Part shown: positions 1-8,830 of the stretch, piece by piece
Numbering within the stretch: the stretch's first letter is position 1
How the letters are laid out: each line of letters opens with the position of its first letter
Source: Promethearchaeati archaeon
Lineage (GTDB): Archaea > Asgardarchaeota > Heimdallarchaeia > Heimdallarchaeales > Heimdallarchaeaceae
Length of the DNA: 25,269 nucleotides
Assembly: GCA_013166775.1 (NCBI GenBank)
Contig: JABLTJ010000040.1
Location: forward strand, 1-25,269
Reading direction: 5' to 3'
Translations under genes and position numbers: made by a program
Notes under the pieces: generated by a model
The model's input: only the letters and a program-made list of their open reading frames with translations
What the model was told of the DNA's origin: nothing
The model's database searches: none

Positions 1-1007
1 TCAGCTTTGAACAAAATTAGTTTCGAATTTGGAGATATTTCTTTAATCCTATCTGCTAATTTTTTCGTTGGTTGTAGTTTTAATTCCAGCGATTCTGAGG
101 AAGATACTTTCTTATCCAATACATTCTCTAATTCAAAATCATTCATAGCTGCTGCTAGTATAACATAATCATATTGCTCTGTTTCTAATAGATTTATCAC
201 TTCATCGTACATCTCTTTTACTGTATCCACATTTACGGTATTCTCAAGAATTAGTGGATGTTCCAATAGCGAAGAACCATAAACTAGTTTTACTTCCGCA
301 CTTCTCCTCCAAGCTTCTAAAGCAATTGAATACCCCATCTTTCCGCTTGATGGATTACTTATGAATCTGATCCCATCAATATATGCTCTAGTTGGTCCTG
401 CAGTAACTAGAATCTTCTTGTTTTTCAGAGATTTATTGTATAGTTGTCTTAAACATACCTCTACTATTTCTTCATCTTCTGGGATTTTAGCTTTCTCTTC
501 CTCTACTCTCGGAGAGATAAATGTTACTTTCATTTCTTTTAGCTTTGTTATATTTTCAATTATAGCAGGATTGTTCATCATAACCTCATGCATAGTAGGA
601 ACCATAATCATTGGGATTTTGTTTCCTAAAGCAGTTCCTGCAATTAATGTTACAGTTGTATCCATGATTCCATTAGCTATTTTTGACAGAGAATTCGCAG
701 TAATTGGCGCTAATAATACAAGATCAACTTTATCCTCAGAAAGACCTGCATATTTTACGTGCTCAACCTGCCCTTCAATTACTGTGATTGGTTTCTCTCC
801 AGTAGCCCACTCAAAGATCATAGGATCAATAAACTTTGCAGCTTCTGTAGATAAGACTGGTATGACTTTAGCTCCGTATCTCATAAGTTTTCGAGAAATT
901 TGGGGAGCTAAAAAGCATGAAATTGAACTAGTAACACAATGAAGAATTACTTTACCTTCTAGTTCATTACCTAATGTACCTACTATACCTTGTGAAGGAT
1001 GAGACAT
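1..1007 (-). CDS. coaBC: Bifunctional phosphopantothenoylcysteine decarboxylase/synthetase CoaBC (3' end runs off the left edge)
   Basis: Not in the ORF track. Hand translation from ATG at 1007 gives MSHPSQGIVGTLGNELEGKVILHCVTSSISCFLAPQISRKLMRYGAKVIPVLSTEAAKFIDPMIFEWATG..., with later APITANSLSKIANGIMD, PTMHEVM and VTAGPTRAYIDGIRFISNPSSGKMG motifs. Lies within a CoA gene cluster. Confidence 0.95.
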   Translation of the reverse strand, partial: MSHPSQGIVGTLGNELEGKVILHCVTSSISCFLAPQISRKLMRYGAKVIPVLSTEAAKFIDPMIFEWATGEKPITVIEGQVEHVKYAGLSEDKVDLVLLAPITANSLSKIANGIMDTTVTLIAGTALGNKIPMIMVPTMHEVMMNNPAIIENITKLKEMKVTFISPRVEEEKAKIPEDEEIVEVCLRQLYNKSLKNKKILVTAGPTRAYIDGIRFISNPSSGKMGYSIALEAWRRSAEVKLVYGSSLLEHPLILENTVNVDTVKEMYDEVINLLETEQYDYVILAAAMNDFELENVLDKKVSSSESLELKLQPTKKLADRIKEISPNSKLILFKA

Positions 1008-1131
1008 GTAAAAAGGAAAATATAGATAAAAATAAATTTATGGCTATAAGATATTTTTTACAAATGTGTGTGAAAAAGATGCACATACGCATAACTTTTT
1101 AAATTTAGGAGATGAGTTAGATGTAATTACT

Positions 1132-1150
1132 ATTTAGAGGGATTCTAAAT
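1132..1150. promoter_or_regulatory. 19-bp palindrome ATTTAGA-GGGAT-TCTAAAT over the ferritin RBS and start; candidate metal-regulator operator or RBS-sequestering hairpin
   Basis: Perfect 7-bp arms, downstream of a TATA-like TTTTTAAAT at 1096-1104. Confidence 0.45.
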
Positions 1151-1628
1151 GGCACAAATTGGAGAAAAACTAAACAAAGAATTTAATGATCAAGTAAGAG
1201 AAGAACTTGATTCAGCATATATTTACCTTGCAATGAGCGCATGGTTTGCAGAACGAACTCTGAACAATCTTGCAAATTGGTTCAATAAACAAGCTGGAGA
1301 AGAATACGAACATGCAATGAAGTTTGTAAATTATATACTTGAGACAGGTGGTTCAGTGAATTATGAAGCACTAAAAGAACCAAAAAGAGATTATGAAAAT
1401 ATCCTAGAAATCATTGAAGCTGCATATGAACATGAAAAATACATTACTAAAAGAATTCATCATTTATACCAAGTAGCTCAAGAAGAAAAGGAATTAAGTG
1501 CTTATCCACTTTTACTCTGGTTCCTAGAAGAGCAAGTTGAAGAAGAAGATCAAACAGCCGCTTTAATTGATAAATATAAGGGTTACAAAAATGATTTCAA
1601 TTTCGATCATCATGTAAAAAGAGACTAA
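1149..1628 (+). CDS. ftn: Ferritin (prokaryotic non-heme Ftn)
   Basis: Ferroxidase motifs EELDSAYIY, EEYEHA, EHEKYIT and WFLEEQVEEE; 159 aa. Confidence 0.93.
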   Translation: MAQIGEKLNKEFNDQVREELDSAYIYLAMSAWFAERTLNNLANWFNKQAGEEYEHAMKFVNYILETGGSVNYEALKEPKRDYENILEIIEAAYEHEKYITKRIHHLYQVAQEEKELSAYPLLLWFLEEQVEEEDQTAALIDKYKGYKNDFNFDHHVKRD

Positions 1629-1638
1629 TAATATCATA

Positions 1639-1673
1639 TTTTCTCTCTTTTTCCTTTTATTTTTCCATTTTTT
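1639..1673 (+). terminator. Archaeal-type oligo-T/pyrimidine terminator tract after ferritin
   Basis: About 35 nt of almost pure T/C just after the stop codon. Confidence 0.5.
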
Positions 1674-1711
1674 CGAAAAAACCTTTTAATTACTATATTC
1701 TCATTTTAACT

Positions 1712-2680
1712 GTGAGTAAAGATTCATCTATTCTTCTAGTTGGATTGGGAGCAATTGGTTCAGTAATGCTAGCTAGGTTCAACAAGAAGAAATACACAGT
1801 AACTTGTCTATCAACAGAAAAGGGTACAAAACTAATCCAGAACCAAGGTTTATCCGTAAAATTAGCAGATGAAGAGATTCCTCAATTACAGAACTGTGAG
1901 ATTTACTCTATCTTACCAGAAGATATGGAATTCGATATTTGTATCATTACAGCTAAATCCTGGGCTAACAGAGAAATTGTTGAAGAGATAGGTTCCAATC
2001 TCTCTTTTAATTCATCTATTCTTTTGTTTCAAAATGGTATTAAAATTGAAGAACCTTTCTTGAAAAACGATAACCAATTTATAGTGACTAGAGCTTTAAC
2101 TTCACTTGCAGCTATCAGAGAAAAAGAGAATTTAGCAGTCGAAGCTAATATTGGTGAAACAAGAATCGGAGGAGTAAATCATCAAAATGATCAAGTGATC
2201 AAGTTTTGGAACAACATTCTGACAGATATTGGTTTGAATATTAAAATTTCAAATGATATTCTAAAGGATATTTGGTTAAAAAGTATAGTTAATTGTGCAG
2301 TATTACCTTTAGGAGCAATCACAGGTTTGAAAAACGGAGAAATAATACAAGATAGAATCTTGAATACAATTATACATAATATTATTTATGAGATATTGAC
2401 GACAATCAAAGATGAAATTGCAATTACTTTTGATGAAGCGTATGATTTAGTTGATGCAATTGTAAAGCAAACATCGGATCATAAGTGCTCTATGCTTCAA
2501 GATATTGAAAAAGGAGTTAAAACAGAAATAGATACACTCAATAGAAAAATTGTTGAGATAGGAAGAGAGAAAAACATTGCTACTCCAATAAACAGAAAAC
2601 TAACTGAAATAATCAAGCAGATGTCTGAAGAAAGTATGCCTAGAGAATTAGCGATAATAGAATTAAGGACTTTGACTTAG
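1712..2680 (+). CDS. panE: 2-dehydropantoate 2-reductase (ketopantoate reductase)
   Basis: GLGAIG Rossmann motif, FQNG, IWLKSIVN and SMLQDIEKGVKTEID motifs. GTG start about 25 nt after a TATA-like CTTTTAAT. Confidence 0.93.
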   Translation: MSKDSSILLVGLGAIGSVMLARFNKKKYTVTCLSTEKGTKLIQNQGLSVKLADEEIPQLQNCEIYSILPEDMEFDICIITAKSWANREIVEEIGSNLSFNSSILLFQNGIKIEEPFLKNDNQFIVTRALTSLAAIREKENLAVEANIGETRIGGVNHQNDQVIKFWNNILTDIGLNIKISNDILKDIWLKSIVNCAVLPLGAITGLKNGEIIQDRILNTIIHNIIYEILTTIKDEIAITFDEAYDLVDAIVKQTSDHKCSMLQDIEKGVKTEIDTLNRKIVEIGREKNIATPINRKLTEIIKQMSEESMPRELAIIELRTLT

Positions 2681-2689
2681 GGTGATTTT

Positions 2690-3571
2690 ATGTCTAAATA
2701 TTGGGTAGCATCTCACATTTCAGGAATTTTTACAATTCATGATGAACATCCAGATCCTCTTTATCGAGGTTCTCAAGGTGCAGGCTTTTCAATATCGAGA
2801 GGAGCAAAAACCTTAATTGAATATTCCGATGACAAAAAACATCACTTCTATTTTAATGAAGAAGAAGTGGAAAAAGAGAAAGCGAATGTAACAAATAACG
2901 TTCTTAATCAAATTCTAGTTTTACAAAAAAATAGGGGAGAATCAGATTTTGGTATTTCTATTTACCATGATTTTGATGTGCCTCTTTCTTGTGGATTTGG
3001 AGCTAGTGCCTCAGGAGCTCTTGGATGTTCCTTTGCTTTAAGAGAATTCCTTGATTTAGAAATAACTGATAAGTATCTGTATGGAGTAGCTCATATAGCT
3101 GAAATCAATGAAGGAGGGGGACTTGGTGATATCCTTGCACTATATCAGGGAGGGTATGAAATAAGAACTCGAGAAGGAGCGCCTTTTATCGGAGATGCTA
3201 AAAATCTAATCACAAATGGATATAAAATAGCTACTCTTTCTTTTGGTGAAATAGCTACTAAATCAGTAATCAGAAATCCTAATTGGAAGGAGAAGATTAA
3301 CAATGTTGGTAGAGTGCTAATCGAGAATTTAATTGCTGAACCAACGATAAGAAATTTCGCTACTGTCTCACAACAGTTTTCTATTTCCTCCTTTCTTGCA
3401 ACTCCTCAGATAATTGAATACATGAAAAATCTGGAAACGGAAGATATCTTAGTTGGGCAGATAATGCTAGGAAATGGAATTTTTCTCCTTTACAAAGATG
3501 ATTCGAATCTTCCGAAAATAGATGGTTTAATCAAGGAAGAATTATGTTTTTCTGCAGTTAGAAAATTATAG
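2690..3571 (+). CDS. Pantoate kinase (PoK, GHMP kinase family)
   Basis: SHISGIF, GSQGAG, PLSCGFGASAS (GHMP ATP motif), AHIAE and GLGD motifs; CoA cluster context. Confidence 0.9.
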   Translation: MSKYWVASHISGIFTIHDEHPDPLYRGSQGAGFSISRGAKTLIEYSDDKKHHFYFNEEEVEKEKANVTNNVLNQILVLQKNRGESDFGISIYHDFDVPLSCGFGASASGALGCSFALREFLDLEITDKYLYGVAHIAEINEGGGLGDILALYQGGYEIRTREGAPFIGDAKNLITNGYKIATLSFGEIATKSVIRNPNWKEKINNVGRVLIENLIAEPTIRNFATVSQQFSISSFLATPQIIEYMKNLETEDILVGQIMLGNGIFLLYKDDSNLPKIDGLIKEELCFSAVRKL

Positions 3572-3572
3572 A

Positions 3573-4382
3573 TTAATCATATCTTTGATCTTCAGAAGGA
3601 AAAACACCTTCTTTCACTTCTTTGTTGTACTCTTGAACTGATTTTCTGATAACTTCTTGAACATTAGAATATTTTTTTACAAATTTGGGTTTTAAAATAG
3701 GAGTTAATCCAATTAAATCATCAACGACAAGAACTTGGCCATCGCAGAATTCTCCAGCTCCAATTCCAATAGTAGGTATCGAGAGATTCTCAGATATTTC
3801 TTTTGCTAGTTTCCAAGGTATAGATTCAAGAACAACACCAAAAATACCAGCTTCCTCTAGCATTTTTGCATCTTCTATAAGTCGTTTCGCAGCTGCTTCT
3901 TCTTTTCCTTGAACCTTGAAACCACCAAACATGTTTATGTATGTAGGAGTTAATCCGATGTGACCAAGAACTGGGATACCAATTGCTTTGATTGCTTTAA
4001 CATCCTCAATTCTTTCTCTCCCACCTTCTAATTTCACTGCTTCACATCTACCTTCTTTAACTAATCTTCCTGCATTAATTGTTGTCTCTTTAATGCTAAC
4101 ACCAAATGATAAGAAAGGCATGTCACCAATTATCAAAGATCTTTTAGATCCTCTAGATACTGCTTGACTGTGTCTTATTATGTCCTCTACAGTAACTTCC
4201 AAAGTATTTTCATACCCTAGTACAGTCATTCCTAGAGAATCTCCTACCAAAATAGAGTCTATACCAACCTCATCTAGTATCCTGGCTATTGGGAATGTAT
4301 AGGCTGAAATCATAGTTATCTTTTCTCCCTCATCCTTCATCTTCTGAAATTCTTTGATTGTTATTTTATTTCTGACTACCAT
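3573..4382 (-). CDS. panB: 3-methyl-2-oxobutanoate hydroxymethyltransferase
   Basis: LVGDSLGM, DMPF, VKLEGG, GHIGLTP and GIGAGEFCDGQVLV motifs. Confidence 0.97.
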   Translation of the reverse strand: MVVRNKITIKEFQKMKDEGEKITMISAYTFPIARILDEVGIDSILVGDSLGMTVLGYENTLEVTVEDIIRHSQAVSRGSKRSLIIGDMPFLSFGVSIKETTINAGRLVKEGRCEAVKLEGGRERIEDVKAIKAIGIPVLGHIGLTPTYINMFGGFKVQGKEEAAAKRLIEDAKMLEEAGIFGVVLESIPWKLAKEISENLSIPTIGIGAGEFCDGQVLVVDDLIGLTPILKPKFVKKYSNVQEVIRKSVQEYNKEVKEGVFPSEDQRYD

Positions 4383-4392
4383 TGTCTCATCT

Positions 4393-5178
4393 CTAATCGA
4401 TATTTTTCAGTTTTTTTAGCTCATCCTTTGCTAGTTTCTCTAATCTCTCTGAAATGAAAGTCAAAGTGATTTTTAATGATTCGCTGTTATCAAAAACATT
4501 GATTATCTTTTCTAATTCAGCTTGTTTTTGTTCTTTCAATTCCTTTGCAATTTCAATCATTTCTGGAATTGCCCTAATTACGTTATTTACAATAGCTACA
4601 TTTGCCCAGAGAGAAGTTCTAGATAAAGGATTCAAATCGACTGTAATAACTTTTTTTCCCATTTTTCTCAAAGCTGTGGTTCTATCTCCATCTTCTAAAG
4701 GTACAAAAACTACATCAGCTGAATAAATTCCTCTTCTATCGACAACTCTTCTTGAATGGGTTAGTTCAGGGATTGAAGTTTGATATTCCGCGTCTATTCC
4801 AAGGATTTGTTCTGCTCCTAAATTTAGTAGTTTATTTGCAACAATTTTCTCTCTTTCAGCTCTATTATAAAACAAATTAACCTCTAAAGGAGCTCCAGTT
4901 AGTTCAGAGAGAAGTATCAAATCCTCTGGACATAAAACCGCAACATTTCCATTTATACTAATCACTGGATTTTCTGCAAGAAGAATCATTGCTACTGCTG
5001 CTTTTTCTTGGTTTAAAGCATTAGAGGGTGTTTTTTCACCTATTAAATAATCAAAGGCCTCTCCTCTACCATGCGCAATTAAACCAGCTTCTGCTACAAT
5101 TTTGGCATGCATTCCTTCTATTACTTTTTCTCTGGTTTTAAGAGAATTAGCTCTTGGGTGATCATCAGGGATTGTCAT
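4393..5178 (-). CDS. 4-phosphopantoate--beta-alanine ligase (phosphopantothenate synthetase, PPS)
   Basis: IPDDHPRANSL, GLIAHGRGEAFDYLIGE, ISINGN, EVNLFY, VPLEDGDR and DLNPLSRT match the archaeal PPS family. Confidence 0.95.
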   Translation of the reverse strand: MTIPDDHPRANSLKTREKVIEGMHAKIVAEAGLIAHGRGEAFDYLIGEKTPSNALNQEKAAVAMILLAENPVISINGNVAVLCPEDLILLSELTGAPLEVNLFYNRAEREKIVANKLLNLGAEQILGIDAEYQTSIPELTHSRRVVDRRGIYSADVVFVPLEDGDRTTALRKMGKKVITVDLNPLSRTSLWANVAIVNNVIRAIPEMIEIAKELKEQKQAELEKIINVFDNSESLKITLTFISERLEKLAKDELKKLKNID

Positions 5179-5284
5179 TCTGCTCTAAGATAAAATTTTT
5201 CCAACATTAATAACTTTAGTCTTGGTAGTTCTAGTTTAATCTATTTATCAAAGTTTAAATAAACATACAATGAATTAGAAACTA

Positions 5285-6919
5285 ATGCAGAAAAGAATCA
5301 TTTGGAGTAAAATTAATCATATTGTTGGTTATATTTTCTATGGTTTTATTATAACCTATTTTATTTGGTCAATTATCAATATAGCGGATAGAGGGAGCAT
5401 TAATTATATTGGAACAGACAAACTAAATGCATCGGGATTAGCCTTTAACGTCATAGCTCTAATCCTTGAAGTTGTAGGATTCTTTTTTGCTCTGTATTTT
5501 GCTATACAATTAATTGATGGTGTATTAAGAGTAGGAGAAGTTCCATATGATTTAGGGAAAATCTCTGGAAAAACAAAGATATCTGTAATTGTTCCAATCC
5601 ACAACGTGCAAGCATTTGTTCTTGAAGAAACTCTAGTTGGTTTCAAGGAACAAACTTACAAGAATTTTGATCTCTGGGTAGCTGATGATAGTAAGGATGA
5701 GGAATTAAGAGCAGCATGTAAAGATGTGACAGAGAAACATAATTTCACCTACTATTTTGAAACAAATGACAATTTCAAATCTGGAATGTTAAATATTGTA
5801 ATTCCAAAAACGGATGGAGAATTACTTGCTTTCTTCGACGTAGATCATATCCCAAAACCAGATATTTTAGAGAAATTTGTAGCAATTATGGAACAATATC
5901 CAGAATTTGCATTTATCCAAGCGAAGTTTGGTTTCAGAAATGTGACTAATCTTTTACATGTTTGGGAAGCAATGAGTTTAATGCAAACCTTCTGTTCATC
6001 GAATGCTAGAAGAGAGATAGGTACAGTTCTTTATTGTGGTTCCTCAGTTGTGTTTAGACGAGAGTATGCTTATCCTATACCTGAAGGACAAATGACTGAA
6101 GACTTTGATCAATCAGTGCATATAATCAAAGCAGGGAAGAAAGGTTATTTCCTTGATGAAGTAGGAGCTATGTCTTTAGTACCTGAAACTATCTCTCATC
6201 AAATTAGTCAACTTTTTAGATGGTTTACAGGTCAATCTGGAGCAATTTATGATCATGGTTGGTCTCTGTTTAAAGGAGTCATAAAAAGAAGAATCCGATT
6301 TAGACAAGCAATCGATATTATCTTTTCGTCTTTGTTGGTAGTAGCTGCTACATCTTTTTATTTTCTAGGAATCATTTATTCGATTCTATATTTCGCAAAG
6401 ATTCCATTGGTTAGAGCATGGTGGTTGGGACAGCTTTGGCTAATAGTAATTTTATCATTAACATTCATAATTTATTTTGCTACAATTACAGCAACAACAC
6501 TATACTCAATGAAATCAGCAACTTTTCCATTAAAGTTATATCATGTTCCATTTTTCCTAACTTTCGGAAGTCTGACAGCACCATTCTTCCTAATTCCTGC
6601 ATTTAAAGGCTTAATAGGAAAAAACAAATTGATTCCTGGTAAAACACAATGGAATAAGAAAATACCAATATATAGGAATGCAACTATCTTCTCTATTATT
6701 GGATTATTTTTCATGTATTTGACTGTTGATTCAATACTACAACAATTGTGCGGAAACAATTTAATAATTTGTCATTTCTATGCTGATCCATATCTTAATT
6801 ATTTCTTCATCCTCTTTGGTATGATCGCCTTAACACTGACATTTTCTTTACCATTTATGTTCTTCGCTTCAAAAATATTTAAACCTCAAATTTATGAAGA
6901 AAAACATATTTATCACTAA
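5285..6919 (+). CDS. Processive membrane glycosyltransferase family 2 (cellulose-synthase-like)
   Basis: D,D,D,QxxRW signature (ADDS, FFDVDH, TEDF, QLFRW) plus KSGMLN. Two N-terminal and several C-terminal TM helices. Confidence 0.88.
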   Translation: MQKRIIWSKINHIVGYIFYGFIITYFIWSIINIADRGSINYIGTDKLNASGLAFNVIALILEVVGFFFALYFAIQLIDGVLRVGEVPYDLGKISGKTKISVIVPIHNVQAFVLEETLVGFKEQTYKNFDLWVADDSKDEELRAACKDVTEKHNFTYYFETNDNFKSGMLNIVIPKTDGELLAFFDVDHIPKPDILEKFVAIMEQYPEFAFIQAKFGFRNVTNLLHVWEAMSLMQTFCSSNARREIGTVLYCGSSVVFRREYAYPIPEGQMTEDFDQSVHIIKAGKKGYFLDEVGAMSLVPETISHQISQLFRWFTGQSGAIYDHGWSLFKGVIKRRIRFRQAIDIIFSSLLVVAATSFYFLGIIYSILYFAKIPLVRAWWLGQLWLIVILSLTFIIYFATITATTLYSMKSATFPLKLYHVPFFLTFGSLTAPFFLIPAFKGLIGKNKLIPGKTQWNKKIPIYRNATIFSIIGLFFMYLTVDSILQQLCGNNLIICHFYADPYLNYFFILFGMIALTLTFSLPFMFFASKIFKPQIYEEKHIYH

Positions 6920-6937
6920 TTGGAGAAAATTAACAAA

Positions 6938-7816
6938 ATGAATGATGTAAATATCCAAGATGTGGAAAATTATGTTCAATCTGAACTGTTCTGGAAAGAA
7001 TCACAGAAAGAATATATAAAAATGCGAGATGGAGCTGAGCTTCTCTGTTTTTTTACCAAAAATAGCATTGATTCAGAAAAACCAAAAATCCTATTTATAC
7101 CGGGATATGGAACTGGGATATTCAGTTGGTCAGATCTCTGGGATGAACTCTATCTAGATTATGATTTCTATGTTCTTGATTCAAGGGAAAAGGATACTTC
7201 TAAAGTAAAATGGAAACACAAAGGAGATATGAATACTTTAGGTTATGATATTAAGGAAGTAATAGATCATTTCAATTTCGATCAAAAAAAATTATTCATA
7301 ATAAGTGCAAGTTTTGGTTGTAGCATGGAAGGGAGAGCTCTTGCTCAAGGTTGGATTAATCCAGCAGGAACTCTTTTAATAGGTCCATCTCTAAAATTTA
7401 TTCTGCCAAGGAAAGTTTTGTGGTTAGCTTATATCTTACCCTCAATTATGATGAGATTTCCTGGAAAACTGATTGTGAAAACATGGGTGAAAATGATGGT
7501 TCCTCCAGGATTTCAACGAAAAGCATATCTCGACTTTATTGAAAGGGCTAATGGTATGAGATGGAAGAAAACTCTCAGTACATCTAGATGGGATGCATCT
7601 GAAGATTATTCAAAAATAAAATGTCCCACTTGGGTAACAAAAGATCCAAACGATAAATTGCATTTAATCGAATTTTCAGAAACAATCAAAAAACTACTCC
7701 CTCATGCAACTATAGTAGATGTCCCTGATTATTTGTTTATGCATCATCCGCCTGGTGTAGAGAAATTCAGTGAAATGATTAAAGGATATATTGAGGAGAC
7801 ATTTTTTAAGAAGTAA
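6938..7816 (+). CDS. Alpha/beta hydrolase, paralog 1 (alternative TTG start at 6920)
   Basis: FIPGYG oxyanion region, LDSR, nucleophile elbow SASFG, candidate Asp in DKLH and His in FMHH. Confidence 0.82.
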   Translation: MNDVNIQDVENYVQSELFWKESQKEYIKMRDGAELLCFFTKNSIDSEKPKILFIPGYGTGIFSWSDLWDELYLDYDFYVLDSREKDTSKVKWKHKGDMNTLGYDIKEVIDHFNFDQKKLFIISASFGCSMEGRALAQGWINPAGTLLIGPSLKFILPRKVLWLAYILPSIMMRFPGKLIVKTWVKMMVPPGFQRKAYLDFIERANGMRWKKTLSTSRWDASEDYSKIKCPTWVTKDPNDKLHLIEFSETIKKLLPHATIVDVPDYLFMHHPPGVEKFSEMIKGYIEETFFKK

Positions 7817-7922
7817 TTATATGAAAATAGAAATTGAGCAATGTTTTTTATGAAACTCATTTCCGATTATTTTGAGAAGAGTATTTGTCAAGTCTTTTAA
7901 AAATCCATTTTTGTTACGACAC

Positions 7923-8786
7923 ATGAAAGTGAAGATAGTTACAGATTCACATGCATGTCTTCCAATGGAATTCATGAAGAAAGAAAATATTGGTTATCTA
8001 GAGAGTTTAATGATAATCGATGAGAAAGATTACAAAGAATTAAGCGAAATAGATAGAAATGATTTCATTAAGCAAATACCTCTTTTTAATCCTTACCCAA
8101 AAACATCAATTGGTAGTCCACAACATGCTTTGGATATCTTTGAACAAGCAATAAAGGAAGGATATAAAGAAATATTCTACATCGGTGTTTCTCCTACAAT
8201 ATCAAATCAATACAATTCTGCGAAAGTAGCTGCGAAAAAAATTAATGATAAAATTAATGTTACACTCTATGAATGTGGATTAAGCACAGCAAGTCAAGGA
8301 GCTCTTGTCTTAAATGCAGTAAAACTACTTAAGAAGGGAAGAAACGTTTCAGAAGTTATAGAGGAATTAAATAAACTAAAACAACATACACATACATTGG
8401 GAATGTCCCAATCTTTTGAAGCTCTATTCAAAACTGGAAAAATCCAGAAAAAAATGTCTTTAAATGTGATATCAAAATTGATGAAACTAAAACCTATGTT
8501 TGAGGTTATCCTCGATGAAGGAGTCCAAAGCCGAGGAGCAGGAAAAGGAAACAAAAGTGCTTTACAAAAAGTATATGAAAGACTAGAAGAATTAGCTCAA
8601 GAGGGAACTGAGTATGATTTGTTTTTGAGTGATGTAAATAATACTCATCATTTTAAGACAATAGAAGAGGAACTTGGGAAAGTTATGTCAATCAAAGATG
8701 TTCATTATTGGAAAATACCTCCGGTAGTAATTCACTCATTAGGAACAGAAAGTGTTCAAGTTACTATCTCCCCGCATGTCAATTAA
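7923..8786 (+). CDS. DegV/FakB family fatty-acid-binding protein
   Basis: MKVKIVTDS N-terminus, PKTS, SPTISNQYNSA, LKP and C-terminal HSLG. ATG at 7923 is preferred over the TTG at 7872 because a TATA-like TTTTAAAA lies about 25 nt upstream. Confidence 0.88.
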   Translation: MKVKIVTDSHACLPMEFMKKENIGYLESLMIIDEKDYKELSEIDRNDFIKQIPLFNPYPKTSIGSPQHALDIFEQAIKEGYKEIFYIGVSPTISNQYNSAKVAAKKINDKINVTLYECGLSTASQGALVLNAVKLLKKGRNVSEVIEELNKLKQHTHTLGMSQSFEALFKTGKIQKKMSLNVISKLMKLKPMFEVILDEGVQSRGAGKGNKSALQKVYERLEELAQEGTEYDLFLSDVNNTHHFKTIEEELGKVMSIKDVHYWKIPPVVIHSLGTESVQVTISPHVN

Positions 8787-8830
8787 CTTTATTAAAAAGC
8801 GATACAGAATTCACTATACATTGCTGTAAG

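Noticed and set aside
361-942. 193-aa + strand ORF
   Set aside because: Antisense shadow of coaBC, which has clear family motifs on the - strand.
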